Origin: Puccinia triticina
Taxonomy: Eukaryota
Reading direction: 5' to 3'
DNA: 64,000 bases
Assembly: GCA_026914245.1 (NCBI GenBank)
Contig: CP110439.1
Span: 6,882,001-6,946,000 of the forward strand
Shown here: positions 25,244 to 37,400 of the stretch, in pieces
Layout of the letters: each line of letters starts with the position of its first letter
Numbering within the stretch: the stretch's first letter is position 1
Notes under the pieces: generated by a model
What the model was told of the DNA's origin: nothing
The model's input: the letters and a program-made list of their open reading frames with translations, nothing else
The model's database searches: none
Translations under genes and position numbers: made by a program

Positions 25244-26568
25244 GGCCCTGTTTGGAGCCAATATAAATATAGGTGATATAATCATTTGTAAATTCAATAA
25301 AAAATACAAAACTCAACATAAAGAATCCAATTTTTTTTTGTAGGAAACCTAAAGTACTGGTCTCATCAACTATGAAGTCAGAATTAACTGATTCAGCCAT
25401 CTTCTGCACCATAATACCATTATATTGCTTTGTTTTGGTCAAAAGTGATATAATGGTACTATAGTACTGAATATGGCTGAATGTGAGCCTGAGTCTCTAT
25501 AGTGACAGCAGGACACAAGAAAAAAAGGGGAATATTTGGATTTCTTTGGATAAAGAAAATACAAATATAAGAGAGAGAGAGAAAGAGAGAGAGAGAAACT
25601 GAGCAGGATCAAGATAAGCAGATATTCAAGATTTATTCTGGTGGGAATGCACATCCACTGGCAATGCTACCTCTTCAGAAGAGTGCTGCCAAGCTGTACC
25701 AGAGAGTGCTACAGCCTCCTCTCACCAAAGAAACGTGGAGGGTCTCTGGATTAGACAAGTTTAATCCAGCCACAATTTTTTAGCTTCCTTCAGGATAGTC
25801 AAGGTTCTTTAAAGGGAAACCTATGTGATTTGTTTCTTACAAAAACCACAGAAAAAGAATCAGGGTAAGCAGGGACAGCCCTGTGATGAAGGATAAGGCA
25901 AAGGCCAGCAAAGAAGAGCAGATCAAGCAGACACAGAGTTATACCTCTGAGATAAACAAGGTTCAGTGAAAGAGTCTACTTACTGTCAATATCCTAGGTG
26001 CCTGTGACAGTAGGTATACTGGGAGTGTGGTAATCTCTTTGGTGGTGATCCTGGGGTTATCTGGGGTGTGGTTCTGGTGTGCTGAAGTCTCTGTATCCGC
26101 CTCAGGCAAGGGGGATCCAGACTACAGAAATTTTCACAGTTTGCTTATGTAATTTACATATGTACATGTGGTTTGGCGCGCCTGGTAGCGCTGACACGTC
26201 ACAACTGGGCATGCGCGCCACAACTCAATAACTCAGGGAAGCAGTGTAGTTACAAAGAATTGGTAAGTTGTAACTAGGGTTAAAATTGCATGTGGAAACA
26301 GAATATGAAGTCAAAACAAGGTTATCTCATAAGATGAAAAAGATATGAAGTAATTCATATGTAAAAAGTAGAAAAAGGCAGACTTTAGGTCAGCTGAGTT
26401 GACTCTAAGGCTGACACTGAATCAGTTGAATCTGACTTCATAATTGAAGAGCCAAGTATTGTAGGTCGCCTAGAAAAAATATTTGGAGGCTTTATGTTGA
26501 ATTTTGTAGTTTTCATTGAATTAACCAATGATTATATCACCCATATTTATATTGTCTCCAAACGGGGC
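25244..26568. mobile_element. Harbinger/Tourist-like element with ~150-bp TIRs
   Basis: GGCCCTGTTTGGAG / CTCCAAACGGGGCC; TCA TSD on both sides. Confidence 0.75.
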
Positions 26569-29500
26569 CTCAGATCAGATATGTTTTGCACTACAGGAAA
26601 CAAGCAGCCGGGAGATATTGGAAAACTTTTAGCTATCATAGACAAGGACATTGGAGCAGTGAAACACACAGCACAATTAGAGAAGAAAACCTAGTCTATA
26701 TGCTTATGAGCCCGGAGGGTGAGGTAGAAGCACCCCTTGAGGTGCTGATTGGCCTGGCATTGCCAGCTGATGAATCTCCTGAGTTATGATGGGTGGCAGG
26801 GTTGGCTGAAACTTAATTAGAATTGCAGAGTGCTTGAAGTTTCTCTGTGATTTTTTCAAGACTGTACGCTGTGAATTTAGAGATTTCTTGCTGCTCAAAT
26901 ACACTTATGGTGTTCCAATACTGTTGGCTGTAGCAATCAAGAGGCAAACTTTGAGGCACCACCAGGACCCCTTTTGTTATTTTCATTACACAATGAGCCC
27001 ACTCTGACATTATAGTACAACCAAGCCATGTAGATAACAAGAATCAACAACCCCTTACAATTGATGCTTCAAGCACATCAGTAATCACATTCTCTAGATC
27101 TAAAAACAGCATCCAGAATGAATTGGAAACCTTGCGCGAAGCAACCTGACAGGCTGTTCAGTGTTTATGTACTCTTGAGGAATGATTGGTTTAGGGAGGC
27201 ATGACCATCTGAGTGTGTGGGCATTCAAGCAAGCTTTTAATGCTCATCTCTTCCAGTCAGAAGTGCGGAAAAATTATAGCTGTGAATCTTTGGTAATTCT
27301 TGACAAACAGTCAGAGCATTCATACATGTTGTATGAAGTTGCATAACATGGTTTACATGACACTAGTTCACAATAAACAATGACTGATCAACATGTTTTA
27401 GGTTACAGTCAAACTTCTCATGAGGTTAAAAGTAAAACAGAGGTTATGAGTGATATGAATTACACACCAGTACATACCTCAGATGGAATTAGAGCCAGGA
27501 ACTTTCTGAAGAGTGCCACAGATTCCTCTCTGGTGTATGAACATCCCATCAAAACATACCCCAAGACAAATTTATCAACTCAAGCGGCCCGTACCACCCA
27601 CAAAAGAAAATCCAAAGCAGATCAACCCAAGGCACGCAAATCAGCCGCCTGGGCACTTGGGGGGACCATTGCAACCAAACCCATAAGGGGGTCAACCAGC
27701 CTTGATGAAGAAGTGGACGCCCTCTGTCACCCTGTCAGTAAATCAATCACCATGAAGCCCAATGGCTGGATCACTGCTAGACAACTGCATCTCTTCAATT
27801 TCAATGAATCACTGCCACCAGGAGCATCTCATCAACCTTTTAAGATCAGCAAGTACATCAGAGCCGTCACTTTCCCCTTTGATATACAAGTAGATAAAAG
27901 TAAGAATATGTTGCAGGGTAGTAGCCGACAATCTCTCCTTGCACATGTCCGCTGTTTCAAAAATTAACGGGAGGTCATCAACAAATGGGTTACCAAGTTT
28001 TGATATTTAGATTCCCAACCCAATTTATATAATCATGCCACCAATGCCATTACCTATGGTGGGTTTGGCCTAATCCTTGCTGAATTCAAGGATCTCATCA
28101 ACAATCAACTTGAGGGACAGCTTTGGCTTAAGGGCATTCAGATAGAAGTAAGTGGTTGCAAATGATTACATATTATCCAAGTTTCTCAAATCCACAAAAA
28201 TGTGGAAACCTAGATCTAAGTTTTGGTGTATTTTGAATTTAGAAAGAACACAACAGAAGAGCACACAATTTGTACAATACAGGCAGCCATTGAAAATATC
28301 CCCAAAGACCCAAAGGCCCTATGGATGACCCTCCAGCTGTGCTAGAGCAACAAGCAAAAAAGGGCCGGTTGTGAAAGACTCTGTGAAAGAGCCGTCAAAG
28401 AGGGGCCTAAGCAAGTAACTAGGGGGCTTCCAGGGAGGGGGCGGACAAAACCAAAACCCCTGGGGACATTCCTGCTGGACATGGTGGCTCCTTATATACA
28501 GCCATTCCCAAAAAGCTTGGCTTTGTTGGAAGGAATTTCCACCCAAACTTTGTCTTGGATTTGCCAATAATCACTGGCAAGGTTGGACATATGTATATTC
28601 ATGCCCACCTCATTCTTATATGCAGGGTGCATATACAGCAGCCAGATGCCCTCAATCATCTCCTTCCTTTCATTTTTTCCTAATTCTGAGTTCAGAATCA
28701 AGCGATTTGGCTGATTTTACCCTGCATGGCACACTGATCCTGTTCGCGAGGTTGGATGGTGCTGGTCCTAGCGGCCAGCGTGTTTTTTTTCCGCTACCAA
28801 ACGGCTTGATTGGTGGGCTCCTGCAAGCGACTGCGCTCGCAGGTCTGGATATCATGTGCCCAACCTTGATGTTGGATGCACATACATTGGCAAATCCAGA
28901 AGGAATTTCCAGTGGAAATTCCTTCCAAAGAAGCCAACCTTTTTCGGAATGGCTGTGCCCGCTTCAACCTCTTCCTGAAGGGTAGATTATATCCGGCCGC
29001 ACTCTTTGCCATGGCTATGTCGTTACCAGCCCAAGCCTCAACTCAACGACATGGACAAAACCAGCTCTGACAAACCATCTCCGCCGCCTCAGCCATTCTT
29101 CTTCAATCCAGCCACCACCAACACAACTCAGGGCAGGCAGGACCGGTCATTGAGAGCTGTATCCCTTGATAACCGGTGTAAAGCTCAAAAGTGTTCCTGG
29201 GAACCTTTTGCTGAGTGCGGAAAGGGATGAATGAGGTTACCTCTGCCTTTCCTGGGTCACTAGACACTAAAACAAGCCCCCCAATCTATGCTTGGAAGGT
29301 TTAATGTAGTGATAGTGGAGGTGTATCAAAAGATAGCCTACTTTGAGCAGGTGGCTTTATGGTGATGTAGCTGATGTGTAAGTGTTGTAATGAAGTTGTA
29401 ATTTGTACGTAAGGGTGTAAAACCACAATATAGAGTGGTGCTAATACTGTAGAGTGAGCAAGTATTGTACTTTTATGGACTACATGCTCAGCACCTCTAC

Positions 29501-29894
29501 CTCTTTGCCCCTGGCCAACTTAATCAGCTGAATGCAAGCAGGCCTCTACTACGTGGTCCAAAGCTCTTCTTGCTCCAAATCTCCACTTGCTTCATTTGGT
29601 CTAGCGTTCAACCAAAGGTATTTGCATTGTTGTCTCAGCTGATCTATCGTGCATGTCTACTTCAAGCATTATATCTCAGGAAGAATTGTGTTCCTGATTT
29701 TTGAATTGACGACCGTGTTATATCTGGAAGAATTTGGAAACCCCTCGATGACTAGAGTGTTGTTTGTCTGAGGTATATTCTTTCTAATCACGTCAATTTT
29801 TTGGGGGGGTGGATTGTACTGATAAGAAAGGGCTCTCGACCACATTCAGTTTCAATCTTCAGCGCTCCATGAGACACGATATCATTTTTTATAC

Positions 29895-30420
29895 TTTCCG
29901 TCGTCTTCTCAGGGACTCGCAATCTCCAAGGCTACGAAAGGTCAAGCTCACTGTAATAGACGCCGACGGCCTGCTCCGCAATAAACTCGTCTCGGCCACC
30001 AATCTGCTGTCGGCTATTAAGAGCGAAAGGCTTGGCTGGTGCCGTGTCCCCTTTGACTGGGTAAGAAACCTCATCTTCCGCTCCAAGCATTGCCAATTTT
30101 CTTAACAAAAAAACATATTTTTTTAACTGGTAGGACATCAATGACCGTACATACAACCCAGACCTGACAATATCAAACAGCCAGAACGGCTACCGAGACT
30201 TGACAGCCCGCATGGATTTGGAGACATACAGATGCGTACCCTGGGAGCCCCTTGATCTGAGATGCCCGGACAACGGCTTTGGAACCCTGTTCTGATTGAC
30301 TTCTTCAGCCCTGGCGATCTCCAGGCGACGCTGTGCGCTTGTCCGCGAGGACCGATGAAAACCGTCCTGGCGAGGCTCAGAGACCCGGGTGTCAAGCCTC
30401 TGGCCGACGTTGGGAGACGT
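29895..30420 (+). pseudogene. Glutamine synthetase-like (GSI-type) N-terminal fragment
   Basis: KVKLTVIDADGLLRNKLVS...W / DINDRTY...NGYRDL...DLETYRCVPWE; retains an intron. Confidence 0.7.
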
Positions 30421-31177
30421 GTTTCCGAAGTCCCCCCCCCCCCTGCTCAGTAAGCGGCAGAGTTCATTGCAGGCCTGATGTTTTGTTTGGCAGACATTGT
30501 CCCATGTCTCATCTTGACTAACAATGGTTACAAGCAAATGGTCGAGGGCTCCTGAGCGGCTCAGGTCAGCTGGGGCCTCGACAGTCGACTGGCCCCTCTC
30601 CAAATCATTGCACTCCTCAACTGCGACTCCAAAGCTTCCCGACGCAAGGTCCGAGTTGCGGGTGCGGACATGAACCCCTCCAGTCTTGGCTTTCTCCGGT
30701 CTTGCTCCTAACAAGCAATCCTGGCCGCTGTTTTGGCTGTCCACATTGCGCTCTCGCTGTGATCTTAACCACAGGCTTCTACAGGATCCGAACCCACCTG
30801 TGGCTGAAATTCTTTCTGCCGGTCTCGGCCTCGTCAAGCTCAGAGCCCAACAAGCCAAGGGTTTCAAGCGCCTTGCCAAGCACATTGCACAAGGCCACTT
30901 GACGACTCTGGGCATAGGATATGTCAACCTTTTTGGTGCATCTGAAGTCAGAACCTCCATCATCCTGATTCTCTACTGGAGCTCTAACCCTTCCGTCTCC
31001 CCAACCCGCTCTCACACGCCATATCCTTTGATTGATAGATATGTAATTGGCATGCCTGTTTGGATAGCCTTCATGGTCTTCCCACTAGCATTTACTTTGG
31101 TTGGGTTAATGATGTGGATCATGGCCCCTCTTGCTCATATTATGCTATCACTCAAAATCCTGAACTCCTGACATGTA

Positions 31178-32278
31178 CAGTGGGTGCGCTATAACTTTTG
31201 GCGCACCATTTTTTAATTTTTGAGGTGTTAAGGTTCCATTTTATTTCTCAGGAGGTCAAGGAGAAAGATGTAAAAGACATTATAATTACACAGCAAGTAG
31301 AAGAAAAGAAAAAAAATGATTAAATTATCAGCAAATGTTCAACTTGCTGGATATTTTTTCAAAAAATATGAGAGAATCAGGAGGGTATGCAGAGGGAGTT
31401 GGGAGGAATGAAGATGAAAGGAAACATTCAGAATTTTTATTTTTAGGCTTTTGAGCTGTTGACCACCAGATTAATTGCCTTGATAATCACAAATTTTATC
31501 CTAAGCCAGGGTGTAATGGTGGTTGACATTGATCAAAATTCCATCACATCATTTCTGCGGGGTTTCATGAGGTATTGGGGGTGTTGCTGGTGTTAATTGC
31601 TGACCAATGATGAGAGGTGAGCTGGGTCATGGGTGATATGCCTCTCAGTGAAACTTGGGTCAACTTGGGTTGTTACAGTTGCGCAAGGCAATAGCCTGCA
31701 CCTTTTTTTTCTGGGTCTGGACAGTTGGGGGTCAATTTTTTGGCAGATAAACAATTAATGGGCGGGCTTTTTTGCGTGAGGATACCCCTCAATTAACAGT
31801 TTTTGATTGGATTATGGGTTTTTTAACAGCAATCTGCTATGGCTTAGTGGTTAGGTCTCCCAGTGTTCGTGGGTTCAACCCTGCATGTTGGTGTGTTGGT
31901 TTGCTGCTGCCCGTGGTCCCTTTTGGCTTCGGGTTATGGACTTAGAAAATCAATCTATGGCTTTATGGGTCTTTACACAGGCTACATGACAACTCATAAG
32001 TCCATAAATATGGGTATACATAGGTGGGTCCAATCAGTCCGGGTGACATTTCAAAAAAAAAAAGAATGACTGGGCAGAAACCTTAGCCAAGATATTTCTG
32101 GACTGCCCTTGGTCTGAAACACACAAAAATGTGATCAGGTTGTGGTTTGAGCCCATGCACCTCACAAATTAAGGGCCCACATGCAAAATGTAGATTTTGC
32201 AGCCGCGCCAGCACAGCTTATTGCCTCGCGCACTGTACACGTTTTCACCCCACACCAAAGATTATGGTGCACCCACTG
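31178..32278. mobile_element. Tc1/mariner-like MITE
   Basis: TA|CAGTGGGTGCGCTATAA ... TTATGGTGCACCCACTG|TA. Confidence 0.8.
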
Positions 32279-35200
32279 TACACATCTTAGCTATGTTGAG
32301 ATGTTTTCTCTTACATCACAGCAACCCAAGACTTTGGAGCGCGTAAACAAACATTGTGGACTTGGATAATGTATTAGACAAAGAATTTGGTGATATTTTT
32401 TTATCATCTGTCTTGAGCTCCAATTGATTTCAGCAAGACTTTGCACCGGAAAAATTGTGGTTGTGATTTTTGCTGCTAGATGTTTGGCTTTTGTTATTGT
32501 ACATGTCATGTCTTGTGTTGATAGCCTATCTGTGGCGGCTGGCAGAGTCAAAGAGACACCTGGCAATGATTGATGAGCTGGCCCAGGACTAGGAGACACC
32601 TGACAAGTATGATGTGCAGGCAACTGTTTGGGATGGGGCTCTTGGGAATGAGGAAGATGGCAGAAAGTAGTAGGTGCCTTGGAGGGGGAGGGAGGGGGGG
32701 CTCTTCCCTGCAGCGGCGAAGCCGCTTTGGCCTCTAGTTATATTCAAAACTGATTCAATTTTGGATAGCTTGTTAGACACTGCATGGTTGTGGTTGGCGA
32801 AATGAATAGGTCGCATGAGGTGTACCTTTTTGACAGTTATCTTTCTGGTGATTTTTTTTAAATATTCCAGCAACCTCAACTTCAATATCTCCACCAAACA
32901 GAAGGGAATGGACAAGGACTTCCTCTCATTAATGAATGCACTGACACACTGGTCATACAACCAATCACAAGGACAGCGGTTGGTTTGCAATCTTCAAGGA
33001 TTTGGTCCCATCCTCACCGACCCTCAAGTCGCCGATTTGAATGCCGAGTAAGTGATTTGAGAGCCATTTCCTGGAATCCAACATCATCTGACTTGTGCAA
33101 AGTTCTTGGGCTGAGGGAAACAGTGCCAATGTAGGGATTTCTGCCTTTCTTGAGAACCATGTTTGTACATCAGTTTGCAATCTTCTCAAACTTGGCAGAG
33201 GTGGTAAGGCAATTGATTTGAAATGGAAAAAAACACCTGAGCATCATTGACACAACTCTCTCAATGAAATACTGGCATCAAGGAATTGGGAACCAGTGGA
33301 GGATCCAAGCTTCTTTGAACGTGGTAGCTTGTCTGATTCACCAGAGGTGGTTTTGTAATATCTCCTAAATCAGTCTCTCATCTTTTCTCAGGGTATGATA
33401 CATCCCAACAGGCTTTTGGGAGCATCTAGCTCAGCTCTATGTATCCTACACTGCTACCTAAAACAAAACTTCCTCTCTCCAACCCATAACTCTGTGTGAA
33501 AAAACTACCACATCTCTTCTTTGCCATGTAAATATCCTAGATTGTCAACCCTGCCCAGTTTTTTTTGCCTTTCCCTGCGCTCTGAATGCTATTTTGATCT
33601 TTGTAAATACATGTTTCCTTTGTTCCTTCTATTTCTACACATCATGATCACCTACAAAATTGGTACATTGATACTCCACCTCCTCTTTCTAACCTGTATG
33701 TAGTTTCTTTGTAATGCATTGCTACTCTAAACTGCGCTGGCTGAGCCCCCAAGAAATCCATGCCATCTGTGATACAAGCAAAGGTGAAACAGCTTTTCTG
33801 AAAACAGTGTAGCACACCACTTGGCATAGAATGCTCTGTGCAAGAGTGAAGGACCCCATTCCAATTCAAAAAGCACATAAAGCAAATTGCCCCCTGCTTC
33901 AGCACCAGAAATATTAGTGCAAGCAAAAGTGATTTCCCACTGTGCATGTGTTAAGATTAGTCATTTCCTGCCTCTTTCCCAGAGCCATCAGTGCAAGTAC
34001 CACGCTTTCACTATTACCCAGAGCAAAAAGCACCCCACCTGCTTTTTTGCCCACTTGAATTTGTAAAACCTTTGTAGCATTATATGCCACAGCACAGGAG
34101 ACCAGAAGCACTATGAACTGTGCCAGAGGCACTATTAACTGTGCCGGAGGCACTATTAACTGTGGTGTAGCATAACTCAGCAAGTGAAATGCAGAAAAAG
34201 GGGCCACTGTTAATGCTAACTGGTTTATTGGCCTTGTAGCATAGTGGCCCACCCTTGTTGGAATATTATGATCTCAATTTCAAATGGGTTTTCTCATGAT
34301 AGCCCCAGATACCACCTCCCATCATACTTTTTGCCTACATGAAGATATATCTGTTTTTTTGTTTATACCTGTGGTGTGCTGCTATGCTAAAATACACTAT
34401 TTTAGCCCAAAGTTTAGTGTAGCGGCAAAAAGCACCGGTCTTTTTTGAATAGTGTTAGTGTGCTGTTAGTGCTGTTGTGCTGTTAGTGCCACTATGCTGC
34501 ACTAATTTTCAGCAGTGCTAACAGCACACCAATTTTTTTTAGCATTAGTGCTTCACTACAGCCGCTACCTTACATGATGTTGCACTAAGGCACTTTTAGT
34601 GGAAAAAAGGCCTTTTTTGCCACAAAAAGCACTGTAGCGCAGTATAGCGCATGCTCTCTTGTGCCCTGCATGCTTAGTATTAGTGCAATTGTGTCCATGT
34701 GAGCTAATGCTATGCTAAAAGCTAAAATATTTCTGCACCCTGTGTGCGTAGTGTTAGCATAGATGTGCAAGATTGTGCTAACGCTACACTAAAAAATAGT
34801 TCATTTGGGCTTTACACTACAATACCAGCTATGGTTAGCCAAGCTGACCCACTGTTGTTTCCACCACCTGAAATAAAAAGGTGATTTTTTGTGCTTGGTC
34901 TGCACTACTTTTAGCACCAAGCTCTTGTCATGCTTTTTGGTCCCCCCAATAGATAAAAAAAATGGACTTTCCCACTATTGCAGCACTGATTTATCTCTGT
35001 GCACTCAATTCCACTGTCAAGCAAGAAACAACAGTAATTTAGCATGCTCTCATGGTGTAGTTTCTCCAGCAAGAAACATTCATGCTATTGTCCCAAACTC
35101 AGGGACTCAGGACTTTCTGCTTGGATTTGTAGCTCAAGGATTCAGGAGCAATTCATACTAGTTTCTAATGGTTGAAAACAAAGCTTCATGCACAAAAACA

Positions 35201-36085
35201 CATATAAAAAACTAAATTAATACATATGAAACTATTTTTTCATTTTCTTAATATTTTCAACTTTGGTTTCTGCTATCCTCCAATGCTCTGCCTCTTTTTC
35301 TGATCTTTTTTGACGGCAGAGAGTGTTTTTTTCTCTCTCTTCAGCTGATAACTTATTCAGGGCTATTGCTCTTTGCATGAGCCAACAACAAATATGGAAA
35401 GATGATCCGAAATGAGTCATACTGGGTGTTGACTTCAGGAGAGTTGGTGCAACTGAAGTATGGTGTTTAACTGAGTTACTGGACCAAAATACCTCAACAA
35501 TACCAGGTGACATCCCAAAGTCAATATCACATCTGAAATCGGGAAAGTGGAGTGCATGGCCAGGAACCATAGCTTCACTATTGGGTATGATTGGCACACC
35601 AGTTGAAAGGTTGATGTAGCTCAACAACCCGTATGACCAGGGTTTTAAATTGTTGTCCATGTGTTTGTCATTTGATAAGTCAGAGTGAGTGACAATGGCT
35701 CTGGAGAATATTCCATTGCATTTGTCTTCAAATTCATTCCACTCATTGTGTGGCCAGCTTGGGATGCCAAACTCTTTGATGATTTTGGATTTTTCTTTGA
35801 AGGATTCAAACAAGAAGTTTTGACTTGACTGCTTAAAAATCGGTTGTGATCTCAGAGCTTGTCCTCCTCTATGACATCTTGAGGAAGATCACGCCGGCGT
35901 GCATAGGTGCCTAGATGAGTACAGAAAAGGGAACAAAATGTCAGAAAGATGCTTCTAGCTGAAATTGGGAATGAAGGGTATGTTTTCCTACCTGCTTTGG
36001 CACCTTCATCAGAAGCCCCCCGGAATCCAATCCCTTGCATCTTACCACTTTTCATGGTGGTTGGTTTGATATCTTGTCAATTTTT

Positions 36086-37400
36086 GGGTCAGTCTAAATG
36101 CACCCCAAAAATTTACTTCATGTACACCAACATTTTGGTGTACCCACATGTGCACCCCAATATTACTGGGGTGCACTTCTGGAGTACCCCAATTTATTGG
36201 TGTGCAGACCTGCTGACCCCAAAAACATTGGGGTGCAGGTGTTAAAACCCCCAGACTGCTTCAATTTTTGGGGTGAAATTTAATGTACACCAAATGAAAT
36301 GGTGTACATATGTAGCGCACCCCATTGAGGAGAGTTACTCCCCCACCCACCCGCCCGGCTTGTTAGACCTGCAGACATTGGTCATTGAGGCAAGTAGCAC
36401 CCCTTGATGACCAACACAGACTGGTCATCAAGGGTGCTACTCCCCTCAATGACCGGCACAATTGTTCATCAAGGGGAGTAGCACCTCCCCTTGATGACCA
36501 ACACAGACCGGTCATCAAGGGGGGTAGCACCTCCCCTTGATGACCAACACAGACCGGTCATTGAGGGGGGTGCTACTCTCCTTGATGTCCGGCACAATAA
36601 TTCATCAAGGGGAGTAGCACCTCCCCACAATGGCCGGCACAGGTTGGTCATCAAGGGGAGGAATCAATGACCAATCTGTTCCGGCCATTGAGGGGAGGGG
36701 AGCGTAGCACGCCCCTCAATGACTGGTCTGTGTTGGTCATCGAGGGGAGGTGCTACTCCCCTCAATGACCAATTGTGCCGGTCATCCAGAGGAATAGCAC
36801 CTCACGTCAATGACCAGCACAGACCAGTCATTGAGGGGAGGTGCTCCCCTCAATGAACAATTATTCCGGTCATCAAGGGGAGTAGCAAACTTGATGACCG
36901 GTCTGTGTTGGTCATTGAGGGGAGGTGCTACTCCCCTCAAGGAACAATTGTGCCGGTCATTGAGGGGAGTAGCACACTCAATGACCGGAACAATTGTGCC
37001 GGTCATTGAGGGGAGTAGTACCCTTGATGACCGGTCTGTGTGATGGTCATTGAGTGGTGCCACTCCCCTCAATGACTGATGTGTAGTCGGGCGGGTGGTT
37101 GCAGCGGCACCCCAGATATATCTGGGGTGTTGAGTGGCTCACCCCTTTCACAGGGTGACATATTGGAGTACTGGGGGTTTGCACCCCAGTATGATGGGGT
37201 GTTGTGGCTGTGTACACCATAGATTTCACCGGCTTTGGGGTACCCTATGGCTCACCCCAAATTACATGGGGTATGAGGTGCTGTACCCCATCTTCACAGG
37301 GGTGCGCAAAAGTACACCCCAAGTGGTTTGGGGTACATTTCAGCAGTAAACCTTTTTGGTTTACATGAAGTAAATGTTTAGGGTGCATTTAGGCTGACCC
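36086..37400. mobile_element. MULE-like MITE, 8-bp TSD CAATTTTT, with a palindromic array core
   Basis: TIRs GGGTCAGTCTAAATGCACCC / GGGTGCATTTAGGCTGACCC; termini resemble 19956-20839. Confidence 0.85.
36378..37078. repeat. Tandem array of palindromic units (CCGGTCATCGAGGGGAG...CTCCCCTCGATGACCGG-like)
   Basis: Repeated GGTCAT(T/C)(G/A)AGGGG and CCCCT(C/T)(A/G)ATGACC half-units. Confidence 0.85.

Larger units (their letters stand above)
28176..32737 (+). mobile_element. Non-autonomous Helitron carrying gene fragments
   Basis: 5' end A|TCCAAGTTTCTCAAATCCAC...GTGGAAA; 3' hairpin AGCGGC-GAA-GCCGCT followed by CTAG|T. Confidence 0.8.
27380..33240 (+). pseudogene. Alpha-kinase (eEF2K/MHCK-like) pseudogene split by a Helitron in an intron
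   Basis: 3' part reads LVRHCMVV...KYSSN...NALTHWSY...LVCNLQGFGPILTDPQ...GN...HVCTSVC. The 5' part (to ~28148) has stops and ends at a GTAAGT donor; the intron resumes after 32737. Confidence 0.75.

Noticed and set aside
25503..26009. Possible solo LTR (TG...CA, AG-rich)
   Set aside because: No matching TSD found; boundaries unsupported.
30686..31171. 161-aa ORF with a hydrophobic tail
   Set aside because: Appears to be a patchwork of captured fragments inside the Helitron; family not identifiable by eye.
33900..34860. TAGCA/TAGTGC-rich degenerate repeat region
   Set aside because: Probably MITE remnants, but paired termini and a TSD could not be established.
36378..37078. CRISPR-like appearance of the palindromic arrays
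   Set aside because: No unique spacers, no cas genes, eukaryotic context; the arrays lie inside MITEs.
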